64,000 bases of DNA from Pelagibacterales bacterium SAG-MED15. GTDB taxonomy: Bacteria > Pseudomonadota > Alphaproteobacteria > Pelagibacterales > Pelagibacteraceae. Each line of letters begins with the position of its first letter. The first letter of the stretch is position 1. The position numbers and the translations under genes are program-made. Of the stretch, positions 29,224 to 39,715 are shown one piece after another. The notes below the pieces were generated by a model that was not told where the DNA came from, searched no databases, and worked only from the letters and a program-made list of their open reading frames with translations. Location of the stretch: positions 31,080 through 95,079 of the forward strand of contig JACWDM010000004.1 in the NCBI GenBank assembly GCA_014654065.1, given 5' to 3'.

Positions 29224-29736
29224 TTAAAAAATAGATTTAGCGTATTTTTTCCAGTTGTGTTGGTAATGTTTTGTATTTTCAGAAACTGCCTTTTTTTCTT
29301 CTTCCGTAATCTCTCTTACAACTTTGCCAGGTGAACCAATCACTAAGGAATTATCTGGAATAATTTTGTTTTCAGTTATCAAAGCTTTAGCCCCTATAAT
29401 GCAATTTTTTCCAATTTTTGCGTTATTAAGTATTACTGCCCCTATTCCAATAAGACTGTTATCTCCAATTGTACATCCATGTAACATAACCATATGTCCA
29501 ATTGTTACATCTTTACCAACTTTCAAGGGATAGCCAGGATCAGTGTGCAAAACACTCCCATCTTGAACATTCGATCCTTCTCCTATATGAATATTTTCAA
29601 TATCTCCTCTAAGAACTGCATTAAACCAAATACTTGAATTTTTTTCCAAAGTAACGTCTCCAATGATAGTTGCATTTGGAGCTACCCAATTTTCGCCAGA
29701 GTTTTTTGGTTTTTTATCTTTCAAATCATAAAACAT
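29224..29736 (-). CDS. Gamma carbonic anhydrase family (YrdA/CaiE-like) hexapeptide-repeat protein
   Basis: [14 protein letters not shown] and [10 protein letters not shown] motifs. Confidence 0.92.
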   Translation of the reverse strand: MFYDLKDKKPKNSGENWVAPNATIIGDVTLEKNSSIWFNAVLRGDIENIHIGEGSNVQDGSVLHTDPGYPLKVGKDVTIGHMVMLHGCTIGDNSLIGIGAVILNNAKIGKNCIIGAKALITENKIIPDNSLVIGSPGKVVREITEEEKKAVSENTKHYQHNWKKYAKSIF

Positions 29737-29756
29737 AAATTATATATTAACCTATC

Positions 29757-30311
29757 ATGGCTCTTACAAAAACACCAATATGTGATTTCGGAAAAAAAGC
29801 TGAAGAATTCAAACTGAAATCTACAGAAAATAAAATACTTTCATTAAACGATATCAAGGGAGAAAAAGGAACTTTAATAATGTTTATTTGTAATCATTGT
29901 CCTTATGTTAAAGCTATAATTGAAGATCTTGTTAATGATTGCAAAGAAATAAAAAATTTTGGAATTAATTCAGTAGCTATATGTTCAAACGATGTAAAAA
30001 ATTATCCAGAAGATTCATTTGAAAATATGATTAAATTTGCAAAAAATAATAACTTTAATTTTCCTTACCTTCATGACATATCTCAAGAAGTTGCTAAAAA
30101 ATATGAAGCTGTATGTACACCTGATTTTTTTGCTTATAATCATAATCTAGAACTTCAATACAGAGGAAGAATAAGAGAATTAAAAGACTTAAAACCTATA
30201 AGATCTGGGGAAAGTGATTTGTTAATAGCTTTAAAAAAGATTTCTAAAACAAGTCAAGGACCTGAGGATCAAATAGCAAGTATGGGATGTAATATAAAGT
30301 GGATCAAATAA
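29757..30311 (+). CDS. Thioredoxin-like AhpC/TSA family protein
   Basis: FICNHCPYV, AVCTPDFF, YRGR and SMGCNIKW motifs. Confidence 0.9.
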   Translation: MALTKTPICDFGKKAEEFKLKSTENKILSLNDIKGEKGTLIMFICNHCPYVKAIIEDLVNDCKEIKNFGINSVAICSNDVKNYPEDSFENMIKFAKNNNFNFPYLHDISQEVAKKYEAVCTPDFFAYNHNLELQYRGRIRELKDLKPIRSGESDLLIALKKISKTSQGPEDQIASMGCNIKWIK

Positions 30312-30315
30312 TTTA

Positions 30316-31398
30316 ATGTACTTAATAATAACCAGAAATTTTCCTCCTGAGGTTGGGGGAATGCAAAACCTAATGTGGGGTTTAACAAATTCTTTATCCA
30401 AACTAAATATGGTAAAAGTATTTGCTGATTATCATGAAAATCATGAAGAATTTGATGGAAAAGTATCCTTTTCAATTGAGAGAGTTAAGGGTCCAAAAAT
30501 TTTGAGAAAATATAGAAAATCTTTTTTAATTAACGATTTTATAAAGCAAAATACTAAAATTAATTGCTTAATAGCAGACCACTGGAAAAGTTTAGAAAAT
30601 ATAAATACTAATAAAAAAAAAATTTGTTTAATACATTCTAAAGAGATAAATCATAAAAAAGGTTCCTGGTTAAACAAAAGAGTTTTAAATGTTTTAAACA
30701 ATATTGAGTATGTGGTTGCAAATTCAAATTTTACAAAAAATTTAGCAATAGATTTAGGTGTATTTTCTGAAAAAATCATTGTGATTAACCCAGGAATTGA
30801 TCCAGTTTACAAAGTACCTCAAGATTTAATGAAAAAAGCAGAAGATATATTTGGTGCTAAAAAAAATAGATTAATCACAGTTTCACGTTTTGATAAAAGG
30901 AAAAATCATGAAAAAGTAATTATGGCCTTAAGAAATTTAAAAGAAATCTATCCAGATATAATTTATCTTTGTATTGGGTACGGTGATGAAGAAGATAATA
31001 TTAAAAAATTAGTAGAGCAATTAAACCTTAGTAATCAGGTAATTTTTTTAAAAAATATATCGAATGATTTAAAGAATGCTTTAGTTGCATCATCAAATAT
31101 TTTTATAATGCCTTCGATTATTGATAAAAAATCTGTTGAAGGTTTTGGTATTGCTTTTGTAGAAGCTGCACAATTTGGTGTTCCATCGATTGGAGGAAAA
31201 GACGGTGGGGCATCTGATGCAATAGTTCATGAAAAAACAGGTTTAATTTGTGATGGAAACAGTTTGGAAGACATAAGTGCGTCAGTTGATACACTTTTAA
31301 AAGACCGAAAATATAAACAGTACGGCAAGCTTGCAAAAGAAAATTCCAAAAACTTTTATTGGGATAAAATTATTGAAAACTATAAAAGAATCTTATAA
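30316..31398 (+). CDS. Glycosyltransferase family 4
   Basis: FPPEVGGMQ, RFDKRKN and EGFGIAFVEA motifs. Confidence 0.92.
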   Translation: MYLIITRNFPPEVGGMQNLMWGLTNSLSKLNMVKVFADYHENHEEFDGKVSFSIERVKGPKILRKYRKSFLINDFIKQNTKINCLIADHWKSLENINTNKKKICLIHSKEINHKKGSWLNKRVLNVLNNIEYVVANSNFTKNLAIDLGVFSEKIIVINPGIDPVYKVPQDLMKKAEDIFGAKKNRLITVSRFDKRKNHEKVIMALRNLKEIYPDIIYLCIGYGDEEDNIKKLVEQLNLSNQVIFLKNISNDLKNALVASSNIFIMPSIIDKKSVEGFGIAFVEAAQFGVPSIGGKDGGASDAIVHEKTGLICDGNSLEDISASVDTLLKDRKYKQYGKLAKENSKNFYWDKIIENYKRIL

Positions 31399-31407
31399 AT
31401 TTTATCA

Positions 31408-31824
31408 ATGATTGATAAATTTAATAATATTTTTTATTTACTAATATTTATAGTGCATTTCCTGGGTGTTGGAATATATGCTTTTCAAACAATTGTTGGA
31501 ACTAAAAGTTTCATGAAAAAATTTGATATTGCACCAACTGGTGCAATAATGACCAGACTGGCTGGTGGCTTTATGTTAGCAGTTTTTTTAATGTCGATCT
31601 ATGTAGGTTTCATCAGGCCTAATGGCCTTGAGGGTTCTTGGGCTTTTTTTAATTTAGTTTTTGTAAATAATTTATGTATTTTTCTTTGCAATTTTTATTC
31701 AGTAAAAATAGATAAGACCGGTGTTACAAAAAAAACTGGTAATGAACCTGTAATTGCTCCACTTATGTTTACAATAATGAGTGCATTGCTTTGCTATGGT
31801 TTGGCAGATAAAATTTATTATTAA
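31408..31824 (+). CDS. Hypothetical membrane protein
   Basis: 138 aa with about 4 hydrophobic segments; in operon spacing with the upstream gene. Confidence 0.75.
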   Translation: MIDKFNNIFYLLIFIVHFLGVGIYAFQTIVGTKSFMKKFDIAPTGAIMTRLAGGFMLAVFLMSIYVGFIRPNGLEGSWAFFNLVFVNNLCIFLCNFYSVKIDKTGVTKKTGNEPVIAPLMFTIMSALLCYGLADKIYY

Positions 31825-31825
31825 T

Positions 31826-32623
31826 TTATACTGGTAAAATAAGATAGTTATCTCTATCAATTTTTTCTTCAATTTTATAATTGATCAGTTTTATAAAATC
31901 CTCAAAATCCTTGAATTCATATTTAAAATCTAATTTAAACTCTTTATCAAATTCAAAAATAATTGGCATTTTATGATTTAATATTGTGTTTTCAGCACCA
32001 TATAAAACTTTTAAATCATAACCTTGAGTATCAATTTTCATAAATGAAATTTTTTTATCAAATTTAATATCATCAATTTTTACAGATTTGACTGCATTTG
32101 TTTTTTTTTTTGAAAAATTTTTTTTATCTATAATATTTATTTTTTGAGATCCGTAAGTAAAATAATTTTTACTATTGAGATTTATTTTATCGATAAAATT
32201 TTCAGTATTTTGATTTTCGATTAAGTAGTTAAAAGCTTTAATATTTGAACCATTTATGAGTACATTTTTTTTTAAAATCTTGAAAATATAAGGATCTGCT
32301 TCAAAACTATATACACTTACATTAGTATTTGAAAATGAATATAATATACTTAGCTGACCATAATTAGAGCCAATATCTAAAACTATTGTGTCTGCCTCTA
32401 TAAATTTTTTTCCAACTTCATAAACTTTTTTATCAAATATCTCATTTTTGATTATTGAATTTTTTATCATATCGTACTTAGCAAAATAGGGTAAATAATA
32501 TTTTCCTGTGATAGTTTTGTAAAGTTTTAAGTATCTCAGATTCATCAATCGATTCTCTATTGCATCCCATATTCGAGTAGTAAAATCTGTTAATCTAAAT
32601 ATTCTTTTTAATATTACTTTCAT
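31826..32623 (-). CDS. FkbM family methyltransferase
   Basis: LDIGSNYG, FEA, MKIDTQGYD..VL.GA and IIFE motifs. Confidence 0.88.
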   Translation of the reverse strand: MKVILKRIFRLTDFTTRIWDAIENRLMNLRYLKLYKTITGKYYLPYFAKYDMIKNSIIKNEIFDKKVYEVGKKFIEADTIVLDIGSNYGQLSILYSFSNTNVSVYSFEADPYIFKILKKNVLINGSNIKAFNYLIENQNTENFIDKINLNSKNYFTYGSQKINIIDKKNFSKKKTNAVKSVKIDDIKFDKKISFMKIDTQGYDLKVLYGAENTILNHKMPIIFEFDKEFKLDFKYEFKDFEDFIKLINYKIEEKIDRDNYLILPV

Positions 32624-33558
32624 AAATATTTTAAAATTTTTCCATAAACATTTTGAGCGCTTAATTTAGTAAGATCATTTACTTGAATAGCTTTAAAATT
32701 TTGCCTCTCAATGCTGACCTTATATGCTGTTGTATGTGATCCAAATAAAGTTAATCCTTTAGCATTTAAATGTGCAGTCATATGTGCTGGCCCAGTATCA
32801 TTTGCAATTACAAAAGAACTTTGCTTAATCAGTGATGACAACTGAGAAATACTAATTGGTTTTTCTCTATCTAATATACAATTTGCTTTAATTTGCTTTG
32901 CTTGATCAATTTCCTTAGGACCTGGTGCAATTATAATTTTGTATTTATCTTTAAAATTACTTTTTATTATATCAATTAATTCATTGTAGTGGGGCCACTT
33001 TTTTTGCTTTAAATGTGGTGAACAAAATGGAAATAGTAAAATATAATTTTCAAGATTAAATTCTAATTTTAAATTAGATATATCCTCACAACTCCATGAA
33101 AAATCTGGTTTAATTGTATGATTAATTTTAAGTCCAGATGTTTTTAATTGATGAGCAAATCTTTCAAGAACAGGATTTTTATCAAACTCCTCTTTATTTT
33201 TATCTTTCGGTAGGGTCGTTTCTGATGAAGACCATATATTTAAATTAGACTTAGGAAATAGAATTTTTTTATAAAAATTTGTTCTAGATGAATTTTGAAG
33301 ATCATAAACTTTTGAAAAATTAAATTTTTTTATATTTTTCATCAAAAGATAAAGGTATACAAGATTAAATCTAGATAATCTTTTGTCTAATATTACGTTG
33401 TTTAAATAGGGATTTTTTTTAAAAAGCTCTAAATATGGTTTTGTTGTTAATAAATATAATTTATCACCTTTATGGTTCTCAAATATATCTTGAATTACAC
33501 CACTAGCTTGGGCTATATCACCTAGAGATCCATGTTTAATTATTAAAACGTTAGACAT
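32620..33558 (-). CDS. Glycosyltransferase family 9 (heptosyltransferase-like)
   Basis: IKHGSLGD, YDLQ, KKWP and NDTGPAHM motifs. Confidence 0.9.
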   Translation of the reverse strand: MSNVLIIKHGSLGDIAQASGVIQDIFENHKGDKLYLLTTKPYLELFKKNPYLNNVILDKRLSRFNLVYLYLLMKNIKKFNFSKVYDLQNSSRTNFYKKILFPKSNLNIWSSSETTLPKDKNKEEFDKNPVLERFAHQLKTSGLKINHTIKPDFSWSCEDISNLKLEFNLENYILLFPFCSPHLKQKKWPHYNELIDIIKSNFKDKYKIIIAPGPKEIDQAKQIKANCILDREKPISISQLSSLIKQSSFVIANDTGPAHMTAHLNAKGLTLFGSHTTAYKVSIERQNFKAIQVNDLTKLSAQNVYGKILKYL

Positions 33559-33590
33559 ATTTAAAACAATTTAACATAGTATTGTGTTTT

Positions 33591-33980
33591 ATGAATAAAA
33601 TTCTAGTTGAAGTTTCTGTGGGTGAACTTTTGGATAAAATATCTATTCTTGAAATAAAAAAGGAAAAAATAAAGGATAAAGATAACCTTTCATATATCAA
33701 TGATGAATATTCTTTATTAAAAAAACAGCTAGAAAACAACATTAAAATAGATGAAAAGTTACAAAACTTATTTGCTTCTCTTAAAGAGGTAAATAACAAT
33801 CTTTGGAACATTGAAAATGAAAAAAGGTTGTACGAAAAAAATAAAGATTTCAGTGAAAAATTTATAAAAACTTCAAGAGAGATACATTTCTTAAATGATA
33901 AAAGATCAAAAATAAAGCTTGAAATAAATTTAATTACGAAATCAAAAATAAAAGAAATTAAAGAATATACTAGTTATTAA
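33591..33980 (+). CDS. DUF6165-like conserved protein
   Basis: VSVGELLDKISILEIK, LWNIE, ND.RS.IK..IN and EIKEY motifs. Confidence 0.78.
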   Translation: MNKILVEVSVGELLDKISILEIKKEKIKDKDNLSYINDEYSLLKKQLENNIKIDEKLQNLFASLKEVNNNLWNIENEKRLYEKNKDFSEKFIKTSREIHFLNDKRSKIKLEINLITKSKIKEIKEYTSY

Positions 33981-33999
33981 TTAAAATTTTTTTCATTAA

Positions 34000-34671
34000 T
34001 TAATAACTATATTTTTTTTCTAGATATTTAATTACATTATGAATTATAAAAGTTATAAATAGGTATATTCCCCCTGCAACAATGAATACTTCAACTGGTT
34101 TAAACGTGGTTGATATTATGTATTTTGCTACTCCAGTTAAATCCATAAGCGTTACAGTGCTTGCTAAGGAAGTGCCCTTTAGCATTAAAATAATTTCATT
34201 ACCATAAGCTGGAAGAGATTGTCTAATAGCAATAGGGACTTGAATTTTATAAAAAATTATTTTTGATTGTATTCCAAGACTTTTACCTGCCTCTATAAAA
34301 CCAGGTTTGATTGTTTGAAAAGCTGATCTTAAAATTTCAGAAGTATAAGCGCCTGTATTAAGTGCAAATGCTATAATCGCACACCAGTATGGTTCTTTTA
34401 GTGCTACCCATAAAAAAGATGATCTTAAAGACTCAATCTGACCAAGTCCAAAATAAATTATAAATATTTGAACCAATAATGGCGTTCCTCTAAATATATA
34501 TGAATACCCATAAGCAAATTTATTAATAAAGGAATTTTTATTTAATCTCAATATAGCAAAAAACAGTCCTAAAAATAGTCCAAGCACTAAAGATACAGAA
34601 AGTAATTTTAATGTAATCAAAGTGGCATTGAGTAACTTTGGAAAGCTAGTTATCATTAAATCTAAATCCAT
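34000..34671 (-). CDS. Polar amino acid ABC permease (HisM/OccM type)
   Basis: FRGTPLLVQ, AYTSEILR and LKGTSLAS motifs. Confidence 0.93.
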   Translation of the reverse strand: MDLDLMITSFPKLLNATLITLKLLSVSLVLGLFLGLFFAILRLNKNSFINKFAYGYSYIFRGTPLLVQIFIIYFGLGQIESLRSSFLWVALKEPYWCAIIAFALNTGAYTSEILRSAFQTIKPGFIEAGKSLGIQSKIIFYKIQVPIAIRQSLPAYGNEIILMLKGTSLASTVTLMDLTGVAKYIISTTFKPVEVFIVAGGIYLFITFIIHNVIKYLEKKYSY

Positions 34672-35363
34672 TAGTATCCCTTGCTATATTTAATTTCTAA
34701 CTGATTAATTAATTTCATACTTAAAAAAGTTAATAACAAGTATAATATTGCTGCAAAGGAATAGAAGAAAAGTGGATCTCTTGTTGAACCAGCGGCGATG
34801 TATGATTGTCTCATGATTTCTACTAAACCCGTCACCGATATTAATGAAGTATCTTTTAATGTAATTTGCCAAACATTACTTAAGTTTGGAATTGCAAGTC
34901 TTAACATTTGGGGCATAATAACTTTAACAAAATGAATTGATTTTTTTAAACCCAAAACTTTTGAAGCTTCAAACTGTCCTTTATCAATTGACTGAATAGC
35001 ACCCCTAAAAACTTCAGTTGAATATGCTCCTGAAATAATTCCAATAGCAAAAGATCCAGTTATAAAAGCATTAATTTCAATATAATCATTATATCCAAAT
35101 ATAGAGGCTACGAACATTACTGCCCCACTACCACCAAAGAAAAATAAATAAATTACCAATAATTCTGGAACACCTCTTATTACTGTTGTGTAACAATTTG
35201 CAATTAGATTTAAAAATTTATTTTTAGATAATTTTAATGGTGTAAAAATTAAAGCAAAAATGAAACCTATCAACAAAGCTGTTATTGAAACAGCAATTGT
35301 CATTAATGTGGCAATGAATAGCTCATCACCCCATCCTGTTTTTCCAAATGCTAGAAGTTCCAT
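34671..35363 (-). CDS. Polar amino acid ABC permease (HisQ/OccQ type)
   Basis: YTTVIRGVPEL, GAYSTEVFRG and LKDTSLIS motifs. Confidence 0.93.
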   Translation of the reverse strand: MELLAFGKTGWGDELFIATLMTIAVSITALLIGFIFALIFTPLKLSKNKFLNLIANCYTTVIRGVPELLVIYLFFFGGSGAVMFVASIFGYNDYIEINAFITGSFAIGIISGAYSTEVFRGAIQSIDKGQFEASKVLGLKKSIHFVKVIMPQMLRLAIPNLSNVWQITLKDTSLISVTGLVEIMRQSYIAAGSTRDPLFFYSFAAILYLLLTFLSMKLINQLEIKYSKGY

Positions 35364-35369
35364 ATAGAC

Positions 35370-35394
35370 TGGCGACTATATATCATAGTCGCCA
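35370..35394 (-). terminator. Stem-loop after the amino acid SBP gene
   Basis: TGGCGACTAT-atatc-ATAGTCGCCA perfect 10-bp stem; no strong U tract, so it may act mainly as a stability element. Confidence 0.65.
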
Positions 35395-35407
35395 AATCTA
35401 AAATCAT

Positions 35408-36235
35408 TTACATAGAAGCGTCAAAGCCAAACCATTTAGTAGCAATTCTACTAATGTCACCATTTTTTCTTGCTTTATCAATGGCTCTATTAAAGGCATT
35501 TAAAAGTTCTGTATCATCTTTTCTAATACCAACTCCAACACCATTACCAAATGCACCACCAGAAAATGTTGGTCCAACTAAAACTACTGGTTTTCCTGAT
35601 TTCTCTGCGTAGTCAGTAAATGCAACAGCTGCTGCTAACGCAACATCACATCTACCTGAAGTTAAATCTAAATTAACTTCATCTTGAGTTTTGTAAGTTC
35701 TAACATTTATTTTTCCTACATCACCAGACTCTAAAAAATTTTGGTGAATTGTAGCTGTTTGTGTACATACAGTCTTACCAGCTAAAGCAGATGTTAAAGT
35801 TTTAAGGTCTTTCTTAACTGCACCTGTCTTTTTTGTAAGATTAATTCCTTCAGAAGTATCAATACCCTCTAGGTCTGAACCTTTCATAACAGCTAATGAT
35901 GCAACTTCGTCAGCATAACCTTGTGAAAAACTAATTGCTTTTTGTCTTTCTGCGGTAATAGACATACCTGCCATTATAGCATCAAATTTTCTCATGATTA
36001 GTGCTGGAATCATACCATCCCAATCTTGTTCAACAATTTCACACTGCTGTCCTATATATCTACAAAGTGTCCAAGCCAGCTCAACTTCAAATCCAATTAA
36101 TTTACCAGAAGCATCTTTGGAATTCCATGGTGGATATGCACCCTCTGTGCCTATTCTTATTTTATCAGCGTTAGCAGATATTGTTAAAAATAAACTTATC
36201 AACAATCCTAAGCTGAACTTTTTAATTATATTCAT
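35408..36235 (-). CDS. Basic amino acid (Arg/Lys/Orn/opine-type) ABC substrate-binding protein
   Basis: GTEGAYPPWN, QDWDGMIPAL and MSITAER motifs; GGAGG RBS. Confidence 0.92.
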   Translation of the reverse strand: MNIIKKFSLGLLISLFLTISANADKIRIGTEGAYPPWNSKDASGKLIGFEVELAWTLCRYIGQQCEIVEQDWDGMIPALIMRKFDAIMAGMSITAERQKAISFSQGYADEVASLAVMKGSDLEGIDTSEGINLTKKTGAVKKDLKTLTSALAGKTVCTQTATIHQNFLESGDVGKINVRTYKTQDEVNLDLTSGRCDVALAAAVAFTDYAEKSGKPVVLVGPTFSGGAFGNGVGVGIRKDDTELLNAFNRAIDKARKNGDISRIATKWFGFDASM

Positions 36236-36292
36236 TTCTCCTCCAAATTTATTTGAGGAATTATTTCACAAAAATTAATATTAAAAAAGAGA

Positions 36293-37333
36293 TTATTTAT
36301 TTAAGGACGATGCAAAGTTCCAAGAACAATCAAAGCTTGGAATATAAATTCTATCTAAGGATGTATTGCCAAAGCTTTTTTCAAATAAATTTAGCCATTT
36401 ATCAACTTGTTTTGGTTTTTTGTCTTGGCTTCCAACTTGCGCAGTGATTGTTCCATTTGATTTTAAAATTCTTTTTAAAGAATTTATATTTTTTGCTGCA
36501 AGATCTATGCAATATTGATCATCATTCAAATCAACAAATATTTTGTCATATTTATTTTCTTCTACTTTTTTAATACTTTCAAAGGCATCACCCCAAACAC
36601 ACTTTACAGAATTTTTTGTAGTAGCTTTTTCACCTATTTTGGATAAATGTTTGTCACAAACATGAACAACTTCGGGATCTAGCTCGTACCAATCAATTAA
36701 ATTGAATCCTTTCGAAATGAGTTCTCTTGCTACTCCACCATCTCCACCACCAATTATCGCTGACTTATCTTTGCTAGGATTTAGTTTTAAACCTGAATTT
36801 ACAAATGTTGAACTATATAGGTGTTCGTCACTTTCAGCTACTTGAAGTTCATTATCTATGAATAAAGACTTACCAAATTGTTCCAAATCTAAAATTTCAA
36901 TATGTTGTCCAACTTTTGAAGTAAAATCTTCCAATATATTTCTAACCATGTAATATTTTTTTAGTCCAGGTGAACTATAAATATCATCGTAATAGCTAAT
37001 TGTATCTCTATTAAATTCTTTTTTAACTATACGTTTATGTTTGATTTCTTTTTTTAAAATTTCTAAAGCGACAACTGGATTTATTTTGCCACAAGTAAAA
37101 AAATCAAAACTTATAATTTCTTTTTCAGGAAATGTATGAAAGCTTATATGACTCTCAGCAAGCAAAGCTACTAATGTAAATCCTTGTGGTTCAAATTTAT
37201 ATTTTGAAATTTCTAGAACAGTAACTTTTGCTCTTTTTGCAATTTTGTAGACAAGTTTTTCAAAAAACTTGGGTTCATATTCTTTCTCTGTTCCGATGAT
37301 ATCAAGAGTAATATGCTCACCTACTTTACCCAT
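36293..37333 (-). CDS. speD: Fused S-adenosylmethionine decarboxylase / spermidine synthase (SpeD-SpeE)
   Basis: N-terminal LAESHISFHTFPE (pyruvoyl E-S cleavage site) and DFFTCG; C-terminal IGGGDGG..RE, ELDPEV and YIPSF. Confidence 0.9.
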   Translation of the reverse strand: MGKVGEHITLDIIGTEKEYEPKFFEKLVYKIAKRAKVTVLEISKYKFEPQGFTLVALLAESHISFHTFPEKEIISFDFFTCGKINPVVALEILKKEIKHKRIVKKEFNRDTISYYDDIYSSPGLKKYYMVRNILEDFTSKVGQHIEILDLEQFGKSLFIDNELQVAESDEHLYSSTFVNSGLKLNPSKDKSAIIGGGDGGVARELISKGFNLIDWYELDPEVVHVCDKHLSKIGEKATTKNSVKCVWGDAFESIKKVEENKYDKIFVDLNDDQYCIDLAAKNINSLKRILKSNGTITAQVGSQDKKPKQVDKWLNLFEKSFGNTSLDRIYIPSFDCSWNFASSLNK

Positions 37334-37345
37334 AAAAAGTTACCC

Positions 37346-38005
37346 CTAGTTTTTTTTATAACTTTTAGTTTTTTCTAAAATTTTATTCATTTCTTCAAAT
37401 GAAAGAATCTTAGGTTTCCCTATTTTTAATGTATTTATATATTGATGACAAATATTTTCTACTTCTTGTGCAAGCTCAAATGCTTCTTCTAAATTTTTAC
37501 CAAATGCAACCTGACCGTGGTTTGACATCAAGCATGCTTTTCTTTTTTCGAGAGCTGTGAGCATATTTTCAGATAATTCTTTAGTACCAAAAGTTGCATA
37601 TTCTGAACATTTAATATCATCACCTCCTGCTAAGGCTATCATGTAGTGAAAGGCTGGTATATTTTTTCCATGGGCAGAAACAGCTGTGGCATGTGGAGAA
37701 TGTGCGTGCACAATTGCATATGCATCCTTTTTTTTAATATAAATATCCTGATGAAATCTCCATTCTGATGATGGATTTAAATCATTTTTTGATATTTTAT
37801 CATTATTTAAACTTTCATCCAACTCTAAGAAAACAATATTTTCTTCATTAAGTTGATCATATTTAATTCCTGAAGGAGTAATTAAAAATCCTTTTTTTCC
37901 ATTTTGATCTGCTCTTATTGATATATTTCCAGATCTTAAAGGTGACAAATTTGAACTATTAAGTTTTTTTGCATACTCAATAACTTCTTTTTTTAAATTA
38001 TTCAT
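37346..38005 (-). CDS. Class II aldolase (FucA-like; likely methylthioribulose/5-deoxyribulose-1-phosphate aldolase)
   Basis: SGNIS, ITPSG, PSSEWRFH, VHAHS, FHYMIA and NHG motifs; downstream of mtnP and mtnA. Confidence 0.85.
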   Translation of the reverse strand: MNNLKKEVIEYAKKLNSSNLSPLRSGNISIRADQNGKKGFLITPSGIKYDQLNEENIVFLELDESLNNDKISKNDLNPSSEWRFHQDIYIKKKDAYAIVHAHSPHATAVSAHGKNIPAFHYMIALAGGDDIKCSEYATFGTKELSENMLTALEKRKACLMSNHGQVAFGKNLEEAFELAQEVENICHQYINTLKIGKPKILSFEEMNKILEKTKSYKKN

Positions 38006-38208
38006 TACTTACTTAAATTTTTTTCTATTTCAGTCTTACAAAAAATTTTAATATCTTCAATATTTCTATCCTTATAAATTTTTTTCTGGGCAATTACGCA
38101 TGCCTTCATAGATTTGCTTAAACTAAATGATCCATACTCTATTCTTGAAACATAAAGCATAATAAATGCTATTATTAAAAATAATATATAATACAAATTT
38201 TTTCTCAT
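38005..38208 (-). CDS. Small hypothetical membrane-anchored protein with two Cys
   Basis: 67 aa with an N-terminal TM segment; overlaps both neighbours at start/stop codons. Confidence 0.72.
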   Translation of the reverse strand: MRKNLYYILFLIIAFIMLYVSRIEYGSFSLSKSMKACVIAQKKIYKDRNIEDIKIFCKTEIEKNLSK

Positions 38209-39275
38209 TTAAATAATTCCTTTAACCCATTTTCAGATGCTTCACAAATTCCTTTTTCGGTAATTAATCCTGTAACATACTTCGCTGGTGTAACATCAAA
38301 AGCTAAATTCATGGATTTGCTTTTTTGAGGATAAATTCTTACCTTAATAATTTTTCCATTTTGATCTACACCTTCTATTTCTGATAATTCATCTGAACTT
38401 CTTTCTTCAATTGGTATTTCTTTTGAATTTTTTGTTTCCCAATCAATTGTTGAACTTGGTAAAGCAACATAGAATGGAACATTGTTATCTTTGGCAGCTA
38501 AGGCCTTTAAATAAGTTCCAATTTTATTACAAACATCACCATTAGCTAGTGTTCTGTCTGTACCAACTATACATAGATCAACTTCGCCTCTATTCATTAG
38601 TATACCACCAGTATTATCTGCAATAATAGTATTTTTAATTCCCTCTTCATTAAGTTCGTACGAAGTTAAATTTGCCCCTTGGTTTCTAGGTCTTGTTTCG
38701 TCAACCCATACATGGATAGGAATTCCATTTTTATGAGCATGATATATAGGCGAAGTAGCAGTGCCCCAATCTATTGTTGCTAACCAACCAGCATTACAAT
38801 GAGTTAAAATATTTACTGGTTTTTTTTTTTTATTATAAATTTCTTCAATAATTTTTAATCCATTTAATCCAATATTTTTACAGAAGTTAATATCTTCTTC
38901 ACAAATTTCTTTTGCTTCATTAATTGCAATTTCTAAAATTTTATCACTATTAACACCTGCGATTTTTTTCATCATTCTATGCACGGCCCATTTTAGATTA
39001 ATTGCTGTAGGTCTTGAATTTATTAATTCTTCAGAAATTTTTTTTAAAAAAGATTGATCATTATTTTCTAATATTGATAAAACTAATCCGTACGCTGCTG
39101 TAGCGCCAATTAATGGAGCACCTCTAACTTCCATGGTTTTAATTGAATTAATTGCATCTTTAACTGTTTTAAGATCTTTAATAACAAATTTATGCGGTAG
39201 TTTAGTTTGATCAATTATTTTTACACAATTGTCCTTCAGCCAAATTGTTTTATAATCTTTGCCTTCTATTTTCAT
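38205..39275 (-). CDS. mtnA: Methylthioribose-1-phosphate isomerase
   Basis: VRGAPLIG, RPTAINL, LTHCNAGWLAT, DETRP and NKIGTY motifs. Confidence 0.96.
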   Translation of the reverse strand: MKIEGKDYKTIWLKDNCVKIIDQTKLPHKFVIKDLKTVKDAINSIKTMEVRGAPLIGATAAYGLVLSILENNDQSFLKKISEELINSRPTAINLKWAVHRMMKKIAGVNSDKILEIAINEAKEICEEDINFCKNIGLNGLKIIEEIYNKKKKPVNILTHCNAGWLATIDWGTATSPIYHAHKNGIPIHVWVDETRPRNQGANLTSYELNEEGIKNTIIADNTGGILMNRGEVDLCIVGTDRTLANGDVCNKIGTYLKALAAKDNNVPFYVALPSSTIDWETKNSKEIPIEERSSDELSEIEGVDQNGKIIKVRIYPQKSKSMNLAFDVTPAKYVTGLITEKGICEASENGLKELFK

Positions 39276-39715
39276 TATTTAATTCTATCTAAACTTTCAG
39301 TCGGCCAAATTTTTTCTCTATCATACATTTTATCATAGCAAATTGATTTATCAGTGATTTCAATCCAGGGGTCTTTATCTTTGACAAAAATATGAGCTTG
39401 GGGTTTTAAAGAATTTTCTAATGTTTGTGATCTTATAGCAACTCTTCCTACAGATATATTGTATCTACAAAAAACATATACTCCACAAATTATGCAAAAA
39501 TAAGCGTTAACACCTTTTCCACTTCCAGTTGGAAGCTCAATAGATGCAACGTCCCCTTTAACTTCTAAATCTTTCTCAAGAACCATTGTATGTATTACAA
39601 AAGATGAACCTGTAGATTTTTTACAATCTTTGCAATGGCAAGCTTGAGTGAATAATGGTTTATCTTTTATTGTATACTTAACATTCTCACATCCACAACT
39701 TCCTTTTAAACTCAT
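39275..39715 (-). CDS. GFA family Zn protein (Mss4-like fold)
   Basis: GSCGC, CHCKDC, FCIICG and HIFV..K.PW motifs. Confidence 0.88.
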   Translation of the reverse strand: MSLKGSCGCENVKYTIKDKPLFTQACHCKDCKKSTGSSFVIHTMVLEKDLEVKGDVASIELPTGSGKGVNAYFCIICGVYVFCRYNISVGRVAIRSQTLENSLKPQAHIFVKDKDPWIEITDKSICYDKMYDREKIWPTESLDRIK